NCBI GenBank assembly: GCA_963815195.1
Contig: CAWFGE010000022.1
Location: 32,001 to 96,000, forward strand
From: an uncultured Planctomycetaceae bacterium
GTDB lineage: Bacteria > Planctomycetota > Planctomycetia > Planctomycetales > Planctomycetaceae
Length of the DNA: 64,000 nucleotides
Direction of reading: 5' to 3'
The notes beneath the pieces were generated by a model. That model saw only the letters and a program-made list of their open reading frames with translations. It was not told the DNA's origin and made no database searches. The position numbers and the translations under genes are program-made. Of this stretch, positions 19,542 through 29,746 are shown piece by piece. How positions within the stretch are numbered: the stretch's first letter is position 1; the number at the start of each line of letters is the position of its first letter.

Positions 19542-20777
19542 ATGACGATTTTCCGCACGTCGCCATCCACGGTTGGTTCGAGGATCGCCGTTCTCGCTTT
19601 GTGTGCCGTCCCTGCCCTCCTTCGAGGATTGGCCAGTCCAAGCAAAGCCCGAGGCGAGGTCGATTATTATTCGCTGCTCGAAGTCCTGGATTCTCGCGAG
19701 AAGACGCTGCAATCGCTTTGCATTTCCGGGCGGTATCAAATCACGACCAAGCTGAGCCAAGCTCAAAAACAGCATCCGTACGCATGGGATAACGACACTT
19801 ATCGCGTCGATTTTGATTGCGACTTTCCAAACCGCCGCTGGCGATATGACGAACGAAAGTCTTGGCTGTTTTCCAAGTTTTCGCAAGAACCTTTTGAAAT
19901 CCGCCATGTAAGTTCGCATGACGGCAAATCGACGTATCGTCTGGCATACACATTCAAAACGGAACCGACCGGCGTCGGTTTCCCCCCGGAACGCGTCTGC
20001 GGACTTGACATTCAGAATGCGGAATATCAGAAACCTGCCCCGCCGCTTCCCCGGCAATTGACACGGACCATCGAGTTCAACGGGAATAAGGAGGCGACGT
20101 TAGGCGATCTGTTTCGGAACGCACCAAGCACCTGGATGGGGTTGAATCGAATTGGGGGCGATGAATGTTATCGCGTTACGGTTCGTCCGCTGGACGGTCG
20201 ATCGCGAATTGACGTTTGGGTCGATGCCGACCACGGGTTTCTGCTTCGCCGCTGGAAATCCGTCCGGCTGGATGATTCGGGGCAACCGAAACTTGCTCCC
20301 GACATCATCGAAAACCTGGCGTTTCGCGAGTTTCCCCTAGCCGGTGGCGGGCATATTTGGTTTCCGACGCGCGCGGTTCACCACACTCTAAGTGGTTCTG
20401 AAAAAACGTTGGAGATTAAGGAACTCAAGATTTCCGAATCATTGCCATTGGAGCGGTTTCAAGTCGATCTTGAAAATCTTCCGCCGGGGGTCTATGTCAC
20501 GGACCGTTGCGCGGACAAGAGTTACTACACCGGAGGAGACGAGGGGCAGAGACTCTATGAAGAATGGCAGCGATTAAATAATGCTCAGCATGAGGTTCTC
20601 AAAAAACGCCTCGGTGTTCCCGCAAGCTCCGTCCCCCTCAAGCGACCTCCATTTGTCCCCCCCAAAAAAGCCGATCAAGACGATGGCCACAGCGTTTGGT
20701 TCATGACCAACGTCTGCCTGCTAGCACTGTTGGCAGGGGGATGGGTGCTGTATCAGTTCCGCCGAAGGTGGGCTTGA
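19542..20777 (+). CDS. Hypothetical exported protein (possible LolA/RseB-like beta fold) with C-terminal TM anchor
   Basis: 411 aa ORF with a signal-like N-terminus, IGGDECYRV..DVWVDADHGFLLRR and a TM-plus-basic tail. Confidence 0.65.
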   Translation: MTIFRTSPSTVGSRIAVLALCAVPALLRGLASPSKARGEVDYYSLLEVLDSREKTLQSLCISGRYQITTKLSQAQKQHPYAWDNDTYRVDFDCDFPNRRWRYDERKSWLFSKFSQEPFEIRHVSSHDGKSTYRLAYTFKTEPTGVGFPPERVCGLDIQNAEYQKPAPPLPRQLTRTIEFNGNKEATLGDLFRNAPSTWMGLNRIGGDECYRVTVRPLDGRSRIDVWVDADHGFLLRRWKSVRLDDSGQPKLAPDIIENLAFREFPLAGGGHIWFPTRAVHHTLSGSEKTLEIKELKISESLPLERFQVDLENLPPGVYVTDRCADKSYYTGGDEGQRLYEEWQRLNNAQHEVLKKRLGVPASSVPLKRPPFVPPKKADQDDGHSVWFMTNVCLLALLAGGWVLYQFRRRWA

Positions 20778-20819
20778 ATTGTTTTCAATTCCCGAACGGT
20801 TCGAATCAAACCGCTGAAG

Positions 20820-20862
20820 CCCAAAACCCCGGCTGCCTCTTGGGAAGCGGCCGGGGTTTGGG
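20820..20862. terminator. Hairpin between convergent genes (likely groEL terminator)
   Basis: CCCAAAACCCCGGCTGC..GCGGCCGGGGTTTGGG stem-loop. Confidence 0.6.
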
Positions 20863-20888
20863 ATTTATGGTAAACCGGCAAAAGCGGG

Positions 20889-22511
20889 TTAGTAGAGGTC
20901 GGCGTCGCCGCCGCCTTTGTGGTGGTCGTCTTTCTTCGGTTTTTCGGCGATCAAGGCATCGCTGGTGAGGAGCAGGGTCGAAACGCTGGCCGCGTTCTGA
21001 AGCGCGGTGCGGGTGACCTTGGTGGGATCGATAATCCCGGACTTCACCAGGTCCTCAAAATGGTCGGTCGCGGCGTTGTAGCCGTAGTTCGGGTTGTCGG
21101 ATTTTTCCAAAACCTTTTCGCAAATCACGCTGCCGTCTTTGCCGGCGTTGTTGGAGATTTGCGTCACCGGGGCCCGGCAAGCGCGGATGATGATGTCGTA
21201 GCCGGTCTTTTCATCATGCGAGAGGCCTTTGGGCTTGAGCGAGGCCGACGCCCGCAGAAGCGCCACGCCGCCGCCGGGCAGGATGCCTTCTTCCGTCGCG
21301 GCGCGGACGGCGTGCAAGGCATCTTCCACGCGGGCTTTCTTTTCTTTCATTTCGCTTTCGGTGGCGGCCCCGACGTTGAGTTGGGCCACCCCGCCGGAGA
21401 GTTTCGCGATCCGCTCTTCGAGTTTTTCGCGGTCGTAATCGCTGGTCGAGTTTTCCAGTTCGCGGCGGATTTGCTCGATGCGGGATTTGATGTCTTTCGT
21501 GTCGCCCGCGCCTTCGATGACCGTCGTGTTGTCTTTGTCGATCACGACTTTCTTGGCCCGGCCGAGGTCGGAGAGCTGGATGTTTTCCAGCTTCACGCCC
21601 AGGTCTTCAAAGATCGCCGTGCCGCCGACCATGATCGCGAGGTCCTGGAGCATGGCTTTGCGGCGGTCGCCGTAGCCGGGGGCTTTGACGGCGACGCTCT
21701 TGAAGGTCCCGCGGAGCTTGTTGATGACCAAGGTCGCGAGGGCTTCGCCTTCGACGTCTTCCGCGATAATGAGCAGCGGCTTGCCGGAGTTGGCGACTTT
21801 TTCCAGCACCGGGACGAGGTCGCGGATGTTGGAGACTTTCTTTTCGTGGACGAGCACGTAGCAGTCGTCGTACTCGCAGGTCATGCTCTGCGGGTCGGTC
21901 ACGAAGTAAGGCGAGAGATAGCCGCGGTCGAACTGCATGCCTTCTTTTTGCTCGACGGTCGTTTCGAGGCCTTTGCCTTCTTCGACGGTGATCACGCCGT
22001 CTTTGCCGACCTGCTCCATCGCGTCGGCGAGCTTGCTGCCGATTTCCGTGTCGCCGTTGGCCGCGACCGTGCCGACCTGGGCGATGGCTTTTTTATCCCG
22101 GCATTCGATCGCCATGTCTTTGAGTTTTTTGGTGATGTCTTCGACGGCCTTATCCATGCCCCGCTTCATTTCGATGGGGCTGACCCCGGCGACGACGGCC
22201 TTGAGGCCTTCCACATAAATGGCCTCGGCCATGATGGTCGCGGTGGTCGTGCCGTCGCCGGCCACGTCGGACGTTTTGCTGGCGACTTCGCGGACCATGC
22301 GGGCCCCCATGTCCTCGAACTTGTCGGGGAGTTCGATTTCGCGGGCCACGGTCACGCCGTCTTTGGTGACGGTCGGCGAGCCGAAGCTCTTTTCGAGAAT
22401 CACGTTCCGCCCCCGCGGGCCGAGCGTGACGCGGACGGCTCTGGCGAGTTTGCTCACGCCCCGCCGCATCGCTTCTTGGGCTTCTTGATCGAAGGCAATC
22501 ATTTTTGCCAT
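20889..22511 (-). CDS. groEL: Chaperonin GroEL
   Basis: [35 protein letters not shown] and [12 protein letters not shown]. Confidence 0.99.
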   Translation of the reverse strand: MAKMIAFDQEAQEAMRRGVSKLARAVRVTLGPRGRNVILEKSFGSPTVTKDGVTVAREIELPDKFEDMGARMVREVASKTSDVAGDGTTTATIMAEAIYVEGLKAVVAGVSPIEMKRGMDKAVEDITKKLKDMAIECRDKKAIAQVGTVAANGDTEIGSKLADAMEQVGKDGVITVEEGKGLETTVEQKEGMQFDRGYLSPYFVTDPQSMTCEYDDCYVLVHEKKVSNIRDLVPVLEKVANSGKPLLIIAEDVEGEALATLVINKLRGTFKSVAVKAPGYGDRRKAMLQDLAIMVGGTAIFEDLGVKLENIQLSDLGRAKKVVIDKDNTTVIEGAGDTKDIKSRIEQIRRELENSTSDYDREKLEERIAKLSGGVAQLNVGAATESEMKEKKARVEDALHAVRAATEEGILPGGGVALLRASASLKPKGLSHDEKTGYDIIIRACRAPVTQISNNAGKDGSVICEKVLEKSDNPNYGYNAATDHFEDLVKSGIIDPTKVTRTALQNAASVSTLLLTSDALIAEKPKKDDHHKGGGDADLY

Positions 22512-22597
22512 GTCAGATGAACTCCTCTAAAGGTTGGATTATTTTTTTACCAGGGGTCCGCGGTGGGAACTCACCCTCTGCTGAGTTTAGAACGCTT

Positions 22598-22690
22598 GGC
22601 GAGCGGGGGGCGTCAGCCCCATGATTTTTCACCGCCACCAGAACGTTCTCTTTATCAATACGATCATGGGACTGACGCCCCCCGCTCGCC
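22598..22690. repeat. REP-like inverted pair (family D) between groES and groEL
   Basis: GGCGAGCGGGGGGCGTCAGCCCCATGAT (22598-22625) is inverted at 22663-22690. A related single copy lies at about 57672-57699. Confidence 0.8.
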
Positions 22691-22694
22691 GGGA

Positions 22695-23000
22695 TTAAAA
22701 CGTGGCGAGGATGTCGCTTTCGCGGAGCAGCAGCAGTTTTTCGTCGCCGACTTCGATTTCTTCGCCGCCGTAGGGGGAGAAGATCACCCGGTCGCCTTGT
22801 TTGACGGACAGCGGAACCTTGGTGCCGTCGTTTTTGACGTGACCGTCGCCGACGGCGATCACTTCGCCGCGCTGGGGTTTATCCTGGGCGGAATCCGGCA
22901 GGACGATGCCGCCCGCGGTGGTGCTCTCGGCCTCGGCCCGTTTCACAACCACGCGTTCCCCCAAGGGAACCACTTTGGTAGCCGTTGCGCTTTTCGCCAT
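22695..23000 (-). CDS. groES: Co-chaperonin GroES
   Basis: PLGERVVVK, TAGGIVLPDSAQDKP and LLRESDILA. Confidence 0.99.
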   Translation of the reverse strand: MAKSATATKVVPLGERVVVKRAEAESTTAGGIVLPDSAQDKPQRGEVIAVGDGHVKNDGTKVPLSVKQGDRVIFSPYGGEEIEVGDEKLLLLRESDILATF

Positions 23001-23095
23001 TCAAATCTCCTCGCTGAAATCTGTCACTCGATATGTTTTTCGAAGCATGTCAAATCGACGCACCCTGTGCCTGAACTGCGGGCGCAAAAGGGATA

Positions 23096-23111
23096 AGCAA
23101 GAATTGCGCCA
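23096..23111 (-). promoter_or_regulatory. Sigma54 (-24/-12) promoter of groES-groEL
   Basis: Minus strand TGGCGCA-ATTC-TTGCT fits TGGCACG-N4-TTGCW (two mismatches in the -24 box), 96 bp upstream of groES. Confidence 0.8.
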
Positions 23112-23220
23112 AACGAGGAAAACGCCGCAAGCCCTGTTGAGCAAATGAGTTAAAAGCATTCATTCAGCGCGGTCACTTCTGCCAAATCCTTCGGAACCCA
23201 AATCGGATCACGGTAAAGTC

Positions 23221-23233
23221 TGCCAAAATGACA
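23221..23233. promoter_or_regulatory. Putative upstream activator site TGCCAAAATGACA
   Basis: Identical 13-mer at 50121-50133 upstream of the hsp20 sigma54 promoter. It lies about 110 bp upstream of the -24 box. Confidence 0.65.
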
Positions 23234-23460
23234 GACGCTCAGCCGATAATGAAATCCTGTGGCGAGAAAAAGCGAAACCCAAAGCGGAGAGAGGGGTTAA
23301 ATACGAAAAGGTGCGGACCGGCGAGTCCTGACTCGCCAAGCGAAAACCTCGCCGGTCCCTCTCAACTTCCACGCTCGTCGTCCACAGATTGTCGAGTTGT
23401 TTTATGGTCATCCTATAATCCCGCGCCTTCAACCTGCATCTTCAGCGGAGAGGAAGAGGC

Positions 23461-24087
23461 ATGCCGATCGGATTTCGAAAATCCCCTGTCATTCTGGGCG
23501 CGACGATGCTCAGTATGATGTTCATCGGCATGATTCTGCGAGATTTGTTCGGTTGGATTTCTTCTCCGCCCGCGGATCCCCCCGCTGCGGCGGTTGCTGT
23601 TTCCCACGGTGAATCGGCTCTCTATCAGGAACTCAACGCCTTAAAGACCGATGCCAATCTCGCGTTCGGATTTCGCTCGGGACATCCGCGAGTCGACATG
23701 GGGCCGTGCGGTTCGTTTGCCCGCGAGCTTTACGAGTCGTGGAACAGGCGCTTTCCGAAGTCCGACGCCGTCAAAATTGCGTTTGTCAAAATCCTCGACA
23801 ATCGGTATTGCCGGCACGTGTTGATCCAGTTGCCCAACGGAATGTACTTCGATGGCGGCCGGGGCGTGATGACCGCAGAAGAACTGGAGCAACTCTACCG
23901 CGAGGTGGACGGGAAAGACGACTTGACGATGTTCATCGAAGTCATGCAGGTCTATGACGAAGCCACGCTCGCACAGAACTCGGTCCCCGGGCCTTATCCG
24001 GATTGTCCGGCCTATTCACCCGCCAAAGCCCGCGAGTTGATCGACGCGCACCTCGACAAATTGGCAACTCGCCCCGGCGTTTTCTAA
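23461..24087 (+). CDS. Hypothetical membrane-anchored protein with papain/transglutaminase-like Cys-His-Asp pattern
   Basis: N-terminal TM helix; GPCGSFA..HVLIQLPNGMYFDG; GAGG RBS. Confidence 0.6.
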   Translation: MPIGFRKSPVILGATMLSMMFIGMILRDLFGWISSPPADPPAAAVAVSHGESALYQELNALKTDANLAFGFRSGHPRVDMGPCGSFARELYESWNRRFPKSDAVKIAFVKILDNRYCRHVLIQLPNGMYFDGGRGVMTAEELEQLYREVDGKDDLTMFIEVMQVYDEATLAQNSVPGPYPDCPAYSPAKARELIDAHLDKLATRPGVF

Positions 24088-24597
24088 CGTCCGATCCCGC
24101 ATCTTTCTGCGTTTCTTCCTCCGTCCATCGCCGGAGCCTTCGCCGCATTCAAGATAATTTTCCGAGATTCTTCAAAGCCGCCGTCAGATTGACCAAAACT
24201 ATCTTTTCGGATTGGGTTTTGATTAAGGTGAAAACTGAGACTTCCGACAAATCGGCGGCTCACTTTTCCCGCCAGGCGAATATCCGGTGAAACAAGTCCG
24301 TGTCTTCGCCGATGCGGTGCGCGAGCGACGGATCTCAACCACGGGAAGGCTCACAGGCCCTCGGCACAAAAACGCAACGGATGTGATCTCGACCGGAACG
24401 GCGTTGGTTTCAAAAAGCCACATGCCGCGCCTCGTTCCTGCCCAACTTGATCCGCGATCTCTCTTTCATTTGGGCTAGCAGCGTGCGAGCGATTCAGCGA
24501 CGGTGTCATGCCGCGCTGCGCGCCGCCTTAATATCGAACCAATGCCGTCCGACGAGACGCATTGGGATGCTCCGGTTCGTTTTTAGGAAAACCTCAC

Positions 24598-25499
24598 ATG
24601 AAGAAGCGCGGCTTTACGTTGATCGAACTGCTGGTCGTGATTGCCATCATCGCCATTTTGATCGCCCTGTTGTTGCCGGCGGTGCAGCAAGCCCGCGAGG
24701 CGGCCCGGCGGTCCAGTTGCAAGAACATATTGAAGCAGTGGGGCCTCGCCCTGCATAACTACCACGACAACTACAACACCCTGCCGCCCGGCGCGTTTTC
24801 CTCGGGGAACCGCTTCGGGTTCCATGTGCTCGTCCTGCCTTATATCGATCAGGCGCCGTTGTACGCCCAGTTCAACTTCAACCTGCTCTATGACGACACC
24901 ACGGGGACGCCTTCCAACAAGCTCCTCAAACAGGTTTCCACCCCGCTGCATTTCTGCCCCAGCACCAAGTCGCCGATAACCTGTCAACAACCGCGGGCGA
25001 GTGGACCGTGCATTACTACGGAGTCGCCGGCGCGAAAGGACCCAATCCCTACCTGACCGGCACGCCCAACTATGCCCACGTCGGCAATACCACGACCGCC
25101 CACGGGGGAAACGCGCAAAACGGCATGCTCTGCGTGAATCGGAACTTCGGCTTCCGCGATGCGACCGACGGCACGTCCAACACCTTTATGGTCGGGGAAA
25201 TCTCCAACCGCACCGATCCCCTCGAAACGATCAGTTGGCGGCCTTGGACCCAGGGCGCCAGCGGCTACAGCGGCGGCACCGCCTCTTATGCCTGCAAGAA
25301 CATTTTGAATCCCATCGGCTATTCCGGCTACAACACGAACGTGCTGTTTAACGACGTCAGGTTCGGCAGCCAGCACGTCGGCGGAACGCACTTTCTCTTC
25401 GGAGACGGAGCCGTGCGATTCGTCTCGGGCAACATCGACTTCGCCACGTATAAAGCCGTCGCCAGCCGCGACGGACAAGAGCCCGTCACTATCGACTAA
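24598..25499 (+). CDS. DUF1559 prepilin-type N-terminal cleavage/methylation protein (frameshift near 24970)
   Basis: [37 protein letters not shown], then in the next frame [11 protein letters not shown] and [12 protein letters not shown] (H-X9-DG). Confidence 0.92.
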
Positions 25500-25604
25500 C
25501 AATCCTTGGTGAAAAACAGATTCATGGCTCTTCCAGTGAATCGGGGGGAGGTAGACGTGGATGATCTTTTTGTGTGATGATCAATGAATGAATGGAATGA
25601 TGGA

Positions 25605-25631
25605 TTTCACCTCCCCTTTGGGGAGGTGAAA
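25605..25631. other. Perfect 12-bp stem hairpin in the DUF1559-lipoprotein intergenic region
   Basis: TTTCACCTCCCC-TTT-GGGGAGGTGAAA. Confidence 0.7.
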
Positions 25632-25738
25632 GAGCACACAAGATATTCTTTAACACCGTCGTCGTTGCCCCGTCATTCGCCGGAAAAAACAGATTTATCG
25701 AAGTTCAAGTCCAGTTGAGAACGCGGAAGACCAATTCC

Positions 25739-26206
25739 ATGAAATGTATTGTTCCTTTTCAATGGGCGTGCTCCTTGCTCATCCTGGCCGCGGCGGGCTG
25801 CGGCGGCGACGGCGTCGAGCGAACGGAACTCTCGGGAAACGTCATGTTTGACGGGAAGCCCGTGCCCTACGGACTGATCCGATTTACGCCCGACAAATCC
25901 AAGCAACACTCCGGCCCGCAAGGGTACGCCGAGATCGTCAACGGGCGATACGATACGGCCCAGTCCGGTCAAGGCATCCTGCCGGGGCCGCATCACGTGC
26001 ACGTCACCGCCTACGACGAGAAGCCGCGGCGCGTGGAAGACGAAACCTCTCCGGAATCGCTCAAGAGCAAGCCTCCGCTGTTTGCCGACTTTCCGCTGGA
26101 GCAGGAGCTGAAAAACAAGACTCAGGATTTCTCGATTCCACCCAACGCCAAAGGCTACAGCCCGGAAAAGAAAACGGCGCGCCGCCGAGGCGTTATCGAA
26201 CCGTAA
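25739..26206 (+). CDS. DUF1559-associated lipoprotein (carboxypeptidase regulatory-like fold)
   Basis: Lipobox AAGC and SGNVMFDGKPVPYGLIRFTP..NGRY..PGPHHVHV, the usual partner pattern. Confidence 0.85.
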   Translation: MKCIVPFQWACSLLILAAAGCGGDGVERTELSGNVMFDGKPVPYGLIRFTPDKSKQHSGPQGYAEIVNGRYDTAQSGQGILPGPHHVHVTAYDEKPRRVEDETSPESLKSKPPLFADFPLEQELKNKTQDFSIPPNAKGYSPEKKTARRRGVIEP

Positions 26207-26236
26207 CAAAGGCGCGATGCAACGCTTTAACCACCG

Positions 26237-27218
26237 TTAGCCGAGCAACTCCTGCATCTCTTCCGGCGTGAACCGCCGCTGGAGCCTGGCTCCCAATTGG
26301 CTGACGATTCTCGCGGCGGCGTGGCTGCCTAAGTGGCCGGCTTGTTTCCAGGTCAGGCCGTTGGTGATGCCGTACAAAACGCCGGCCGCGTACATGTCGC
26401 CCGCGCCGGTCGTGTCGATGGCTTTCACGCTCACGCCTTCAATGGGGATCACCTCGCCTGCGTGCATCAGCATCGAGCCTTGGCCGCCCAAGGTCAGCGC
26501 GACATTCTCGGCATGCTTGTGGATCTCGCGGGCGCATTCGATGGGATCGTCGAACGTCGTCAGCGCGGGCTTCTTCGAGGTTGCAGAACAACAGATCGAC
26601 CGGGCCTTCGATCAGTTGCCAAAACTCGTTGCGGTAGTGCTGGATCAAAAATGGATCGGAGACGGTAAACGCGACTTTGACGCCGTGGGCCTTGGCGAGT
26701 TCGATGGCTTTGAGGGCGGCGTTCTTCGTGGTGGTGCCGGTGAAGAGGTAGCCTTCCACGTAAACGTACTGGGCCTGTTTGATCTCGCTTTCCTCGACGT
26801 CGTCCGGGCCGATGGTGGACGAGACGCCGAGGTGGGTGAGCATCGTTCGCTGGGCGTCGGGGGTGATGAGGATCACGCAGGTCCCGCTGCCGCCGTCCGA
26901 TGGTTCGACCTCGATGGTCACGCCCATTTGCCTCATGTCTTTGAGGAAGAACTCGCCGATTTCATCGAAGCCGACTTTGCCCGCATACGCGGCTTTTCCG
27001 CCGAAGTCGGCGATGCCCATGATCGTGTTTGCCGCCGACCCGCCGGCACAGCGGGTGACTTCCACGCCGTCCAATGCCTGGAGGACTTTGACCTGCGTCT
27101 CCTCGTCGACCAAGGTCATAATCCCCTTGGCAAAGCCGAGCTCGCCGAGCACCTCGTCCGAGATCCGCGCTTGAATATCCGTCAAGGCGTTTCCCACGCC
27201 GTAAACATCATAAGCCAT
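26237..27218 (-). CDS. PfkB-family adenosine/nucleoside kinase (frameshift near 26563)
   Basis: [25 protein letters not shown] and QRTMLTHLG, then in the shifted frame [12 protein letters not shown]. Confidence 0.92.
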
Positions 27219-27352
27219 CCGCCGGGTTCCTTTCGGTTGATTTTGAGTAAACCAGCCCGATTGTGGCGGCAAGCTCCGGATGTTGCAAGCGGGTGTGATC
27301 GAAGCGGACAATGGCTTTCTTTTTGCGGCCATGACTTGGAGCGTATGACGTC

Positions 27353-28042
27353 CTATGGACGAACCGTCGGGACGGGGGAACCCGCGGAGGATTGTTTCCG
27401 AAGCTTCGCCACCTCGTCGCGGAGGCGCCCGAGTTCTCGGCGCACTTCGCGAAGTTCCTCGGCGAGTTGGCGAACCATCTCCCCGGTTTCCGCTTCGTGC
27501 CGGTGGTTGAGTTGCCTTTCTGAATCCTCGGCGTGATGCCGAACGTCCCGCGCCATTTCATGGAGTCCCGCTTCGTCCAGATGCCCCGCCGCCGCGTGCA
27601 GGTGCTCGATCTTCCGCGCGATCTCGTCCCGCTCGCGCTCCTCAGGACGATTCCGAGCGGCGAACTCCCGCAGAGCCGCTTCCGTCTCGGCGATTTGCTG
27701 CGTGATTTCCCGAACGCGCGGATGCTCCTCGCCAACGTGTTTTCGCACTTCATTTTGCAGCCGTTCCAAAGCCGCGATTTTTTCGCGAGCCGCTGCGATT
27801 CGCGGCTCATTCGCGTGTCGATGGCTGGGCTCGGCCTTTTCGCGTTCGATGTGCGCTGCTTGATGTTCCAGCTCCGCCGCCTCGCGTTCTAGGCGTTCGG
27901 CCTCCTGGACTTTCTCCGCTTGCCGAGCTTCCTCGCGCAACCGGGCCGCCCGCTCGCGGAGTTCGTCCGACTCCGACGCCCACACGAACCCCACCGCCAA
28001 CACGACCAGTCCCACAACCAAAACGCCGAACAAATTCTTCAT
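27353..28042 (-). CDS. Hypothetical secreted coiled-coil protein
   Basis: Signal peptide [22 protein letters not shown] and E/R-rich heptads. Confidence 0.7.
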   Translation of the reverse strand: MKNLFGVLVVGLVVLAVGFVWASESDELRERAARLREEARQAEKVQEAERLEREAAELEHQAAHIEREKAEPSHRHANEPRIAAAREKIAALERLQNEVRKHVGEEHPRVREITQQIAETEAALREFAARNRPEERERDEIARKIEHLHAAAGHLDEAGLHEMARDVRHHAEDSERQLNHRHEAETGEMVRQLAEELREVRRELGRLRDEVAKLRKQSSAGSPVPTVRP

Positions 28043-28305
28043 CGGAAACTCCCCAGGTTTGCGTGCCATTAACATCCGATGCGAGGGCGCCGAACCCGTC
28101 GCTTGCTTCGGCTCTCTCGCATCGTACCAAAATGACGGCCAGATTCGAGCGCGAAAATCGACGGTGATAACATAGCCTGTATCCAGGTGCGCCGGCCGAG
28201 CATCATTGAAAATGACATTTGGTCGTGACGGTACATTGATAAACGAGGGAATCTATGGTGAGATAATGAATAGGTGGCTTTTAATTCCGTTTAAAGGAGA
28301 GCGCA

Positions 28306-29463
28306 ATGGATTTGATCGACCGACTTCGCGAAATCGCCAGCCGGGTTCCCCTGCATCGCGATCACCTTCTAACCGAGGAGGCGACGAAGAATGCTTTGGT
28401 CATGCCCTTCATCAATGCCCTCGGTTACAACGTCTTCGATCCGACCGAGGTTGTTCCGGAATTCCACGCGGACGTCGGGATCAAAAAGGGTGAGAAGGTC
28501 GATTACGCCATCATGCTCGACGGCGTCCCGATCATTTTGATCGAGTGCAAACCGATCAATCGCGATCTTGACAAGGAGACGCCAACGCAACTCTACCGGT
28601 ATTTTTCTGTCACGCCGTCTCGGTTTAGCATTCTCACCAATGGGATCCGTTACCAATTCTATTCGGATTTCGAAGCCCCCAACAAAATGGACGAGAAACC
28701 GTTTTTCGAGTTTTCCATCTTGGACCTCAACGAAAGAGTCATCAATGAGCTGAAGAAGTTCGCCAAAGGAAGTTTCGATCTGGAGAACATTCTTTCGACG
28801 GCCAGCGATCTCAAGTACACGAAGGCGATCAAACGCAGTTTGCGCGATGAATGGATCAACCCCAGTGAGGAGTTCGTCCGCTTGTTTGCTTCTCGCGTTT
28901 ACTCCGGCATACTCACAAAGACGGTTCGCGATCAATTCTCGGACATCACCAAAAAAGCTTTCCACGAATTCGTGGCCGAGAGAATCAATGATCGTCTCAA
29001 ATCCGCGTTGGAAACGGAGAATCTGGAGGTTGCTGCGGAACGAGACGCCAAGTTCACTGATGGATCGGATGGCGAGGCCCGTTCAGAAATCCTCACAACG
29101 GAAGAAGAAATCGAGGCTTACCACATTGTGAAATCGATCGTCCGCGAAGTGGTTGACCCAAAGCGCGTCTTCATGCGAGATACGAAGAGCTACTGCGGTG
29201 TTTTGCTCGACAACAACAACCGAAAGCCGATCTGTCGTCTTCATTTTAATACTTCGCAAAAATACATCGGAACATTCGACATAGACAAACAAGAGAATAA
29301 GAACCCAATCAGCAACCTCGATGACATCTATAACTTCTCGGTCGAATTGCGCAAAACTGCACAACTCTACGGCCAATCGATTCCCCAGTCAGATTCGGAC
29401 GACTCGACGCCCCCGTCACTCGATGCAACCGAGACTTCGCCCGGTCAGTCCCCATCGCACTAA
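28306..29463 (+). CDS. HsdR_N-like PD-(D/E)xK restriction endonuclease domain protein
   Basis: EEATKNALVMPFINALGY, EKVDYAI..IECK and LTNG; AAGGAG RBS. Confidence 0.85.
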   Translation: MDLIDRLREIASRVPLHRDHLLTEEATKNALVMPFINALGYNVFDPTEVVPEFHADVGIKKGEKVDYAIMLDGVPIILIECKPINRDLDKETPTQLYRYFSVTPSRFSILTNGIRYQFYSDFEAPNKMDEKPFFEFSILDLNERVINELKKFAKGSFDLENILSTASDLKYTKAIKRSLRDEWINPSEEFVRLFASRVYSGILTKTVRDQFSDITKKAFHEFVAERINDRLKSALETENLEVAAERDAKFTDGSDGEARSEILTTEEEIEAYHIVKSIVREVVDPKRVFMRDTKSYCGVLLDNNNRKPICRLHFNTSQKYIGTFDIDKQENKNPISNLDDIYNFSVELRKTAQLYGQSIPQSDSDDSTPPSLDATETSPGQSPSH

Positions 29464-29502
29464 GAATCCGCAAGGCATTGGGGTAGAAGAAGTTAGGTGA
29501 GA

Positions 29503-29531
29503 GCCCCTCCGCCGGGCGGAGGGTTTTTTTC
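29503..29531 (+). terminator. Rho-independent terminator
   Basis: CCCTCCGCC-G-GGCGGAGGG GC-rich stem followed by a T run. Confidence 0.8.
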
Positions 29532-29746
29532 TTGGCCGGCAGGGATTTGATGATCCGCGTTCGTCCAAACCTCGTTCTTTATGGTAAAGGTGAAACGGAC
29601 AATCAAGTCAAACGCAACGAAAGGAAAGAAGCAAGATTCGCCAAAACGAGAACAAAACCGGCCGATCTAGGCTCGAAGGTTTCTCGCGGGAGATGCCGGG
29701 GCGGTTTCAGGGGAAGCCGGTCGGCGTTTCGAGGAGGAAGAGGATT

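Noticed and set aside
20919..22520. Long antisense ORFs (opposite groEL, the RND permease at 6415-9300, cpaC and others)
   Set aside because: These are shadow frames expected from high-GC codon bias, with no recognisable motifs.
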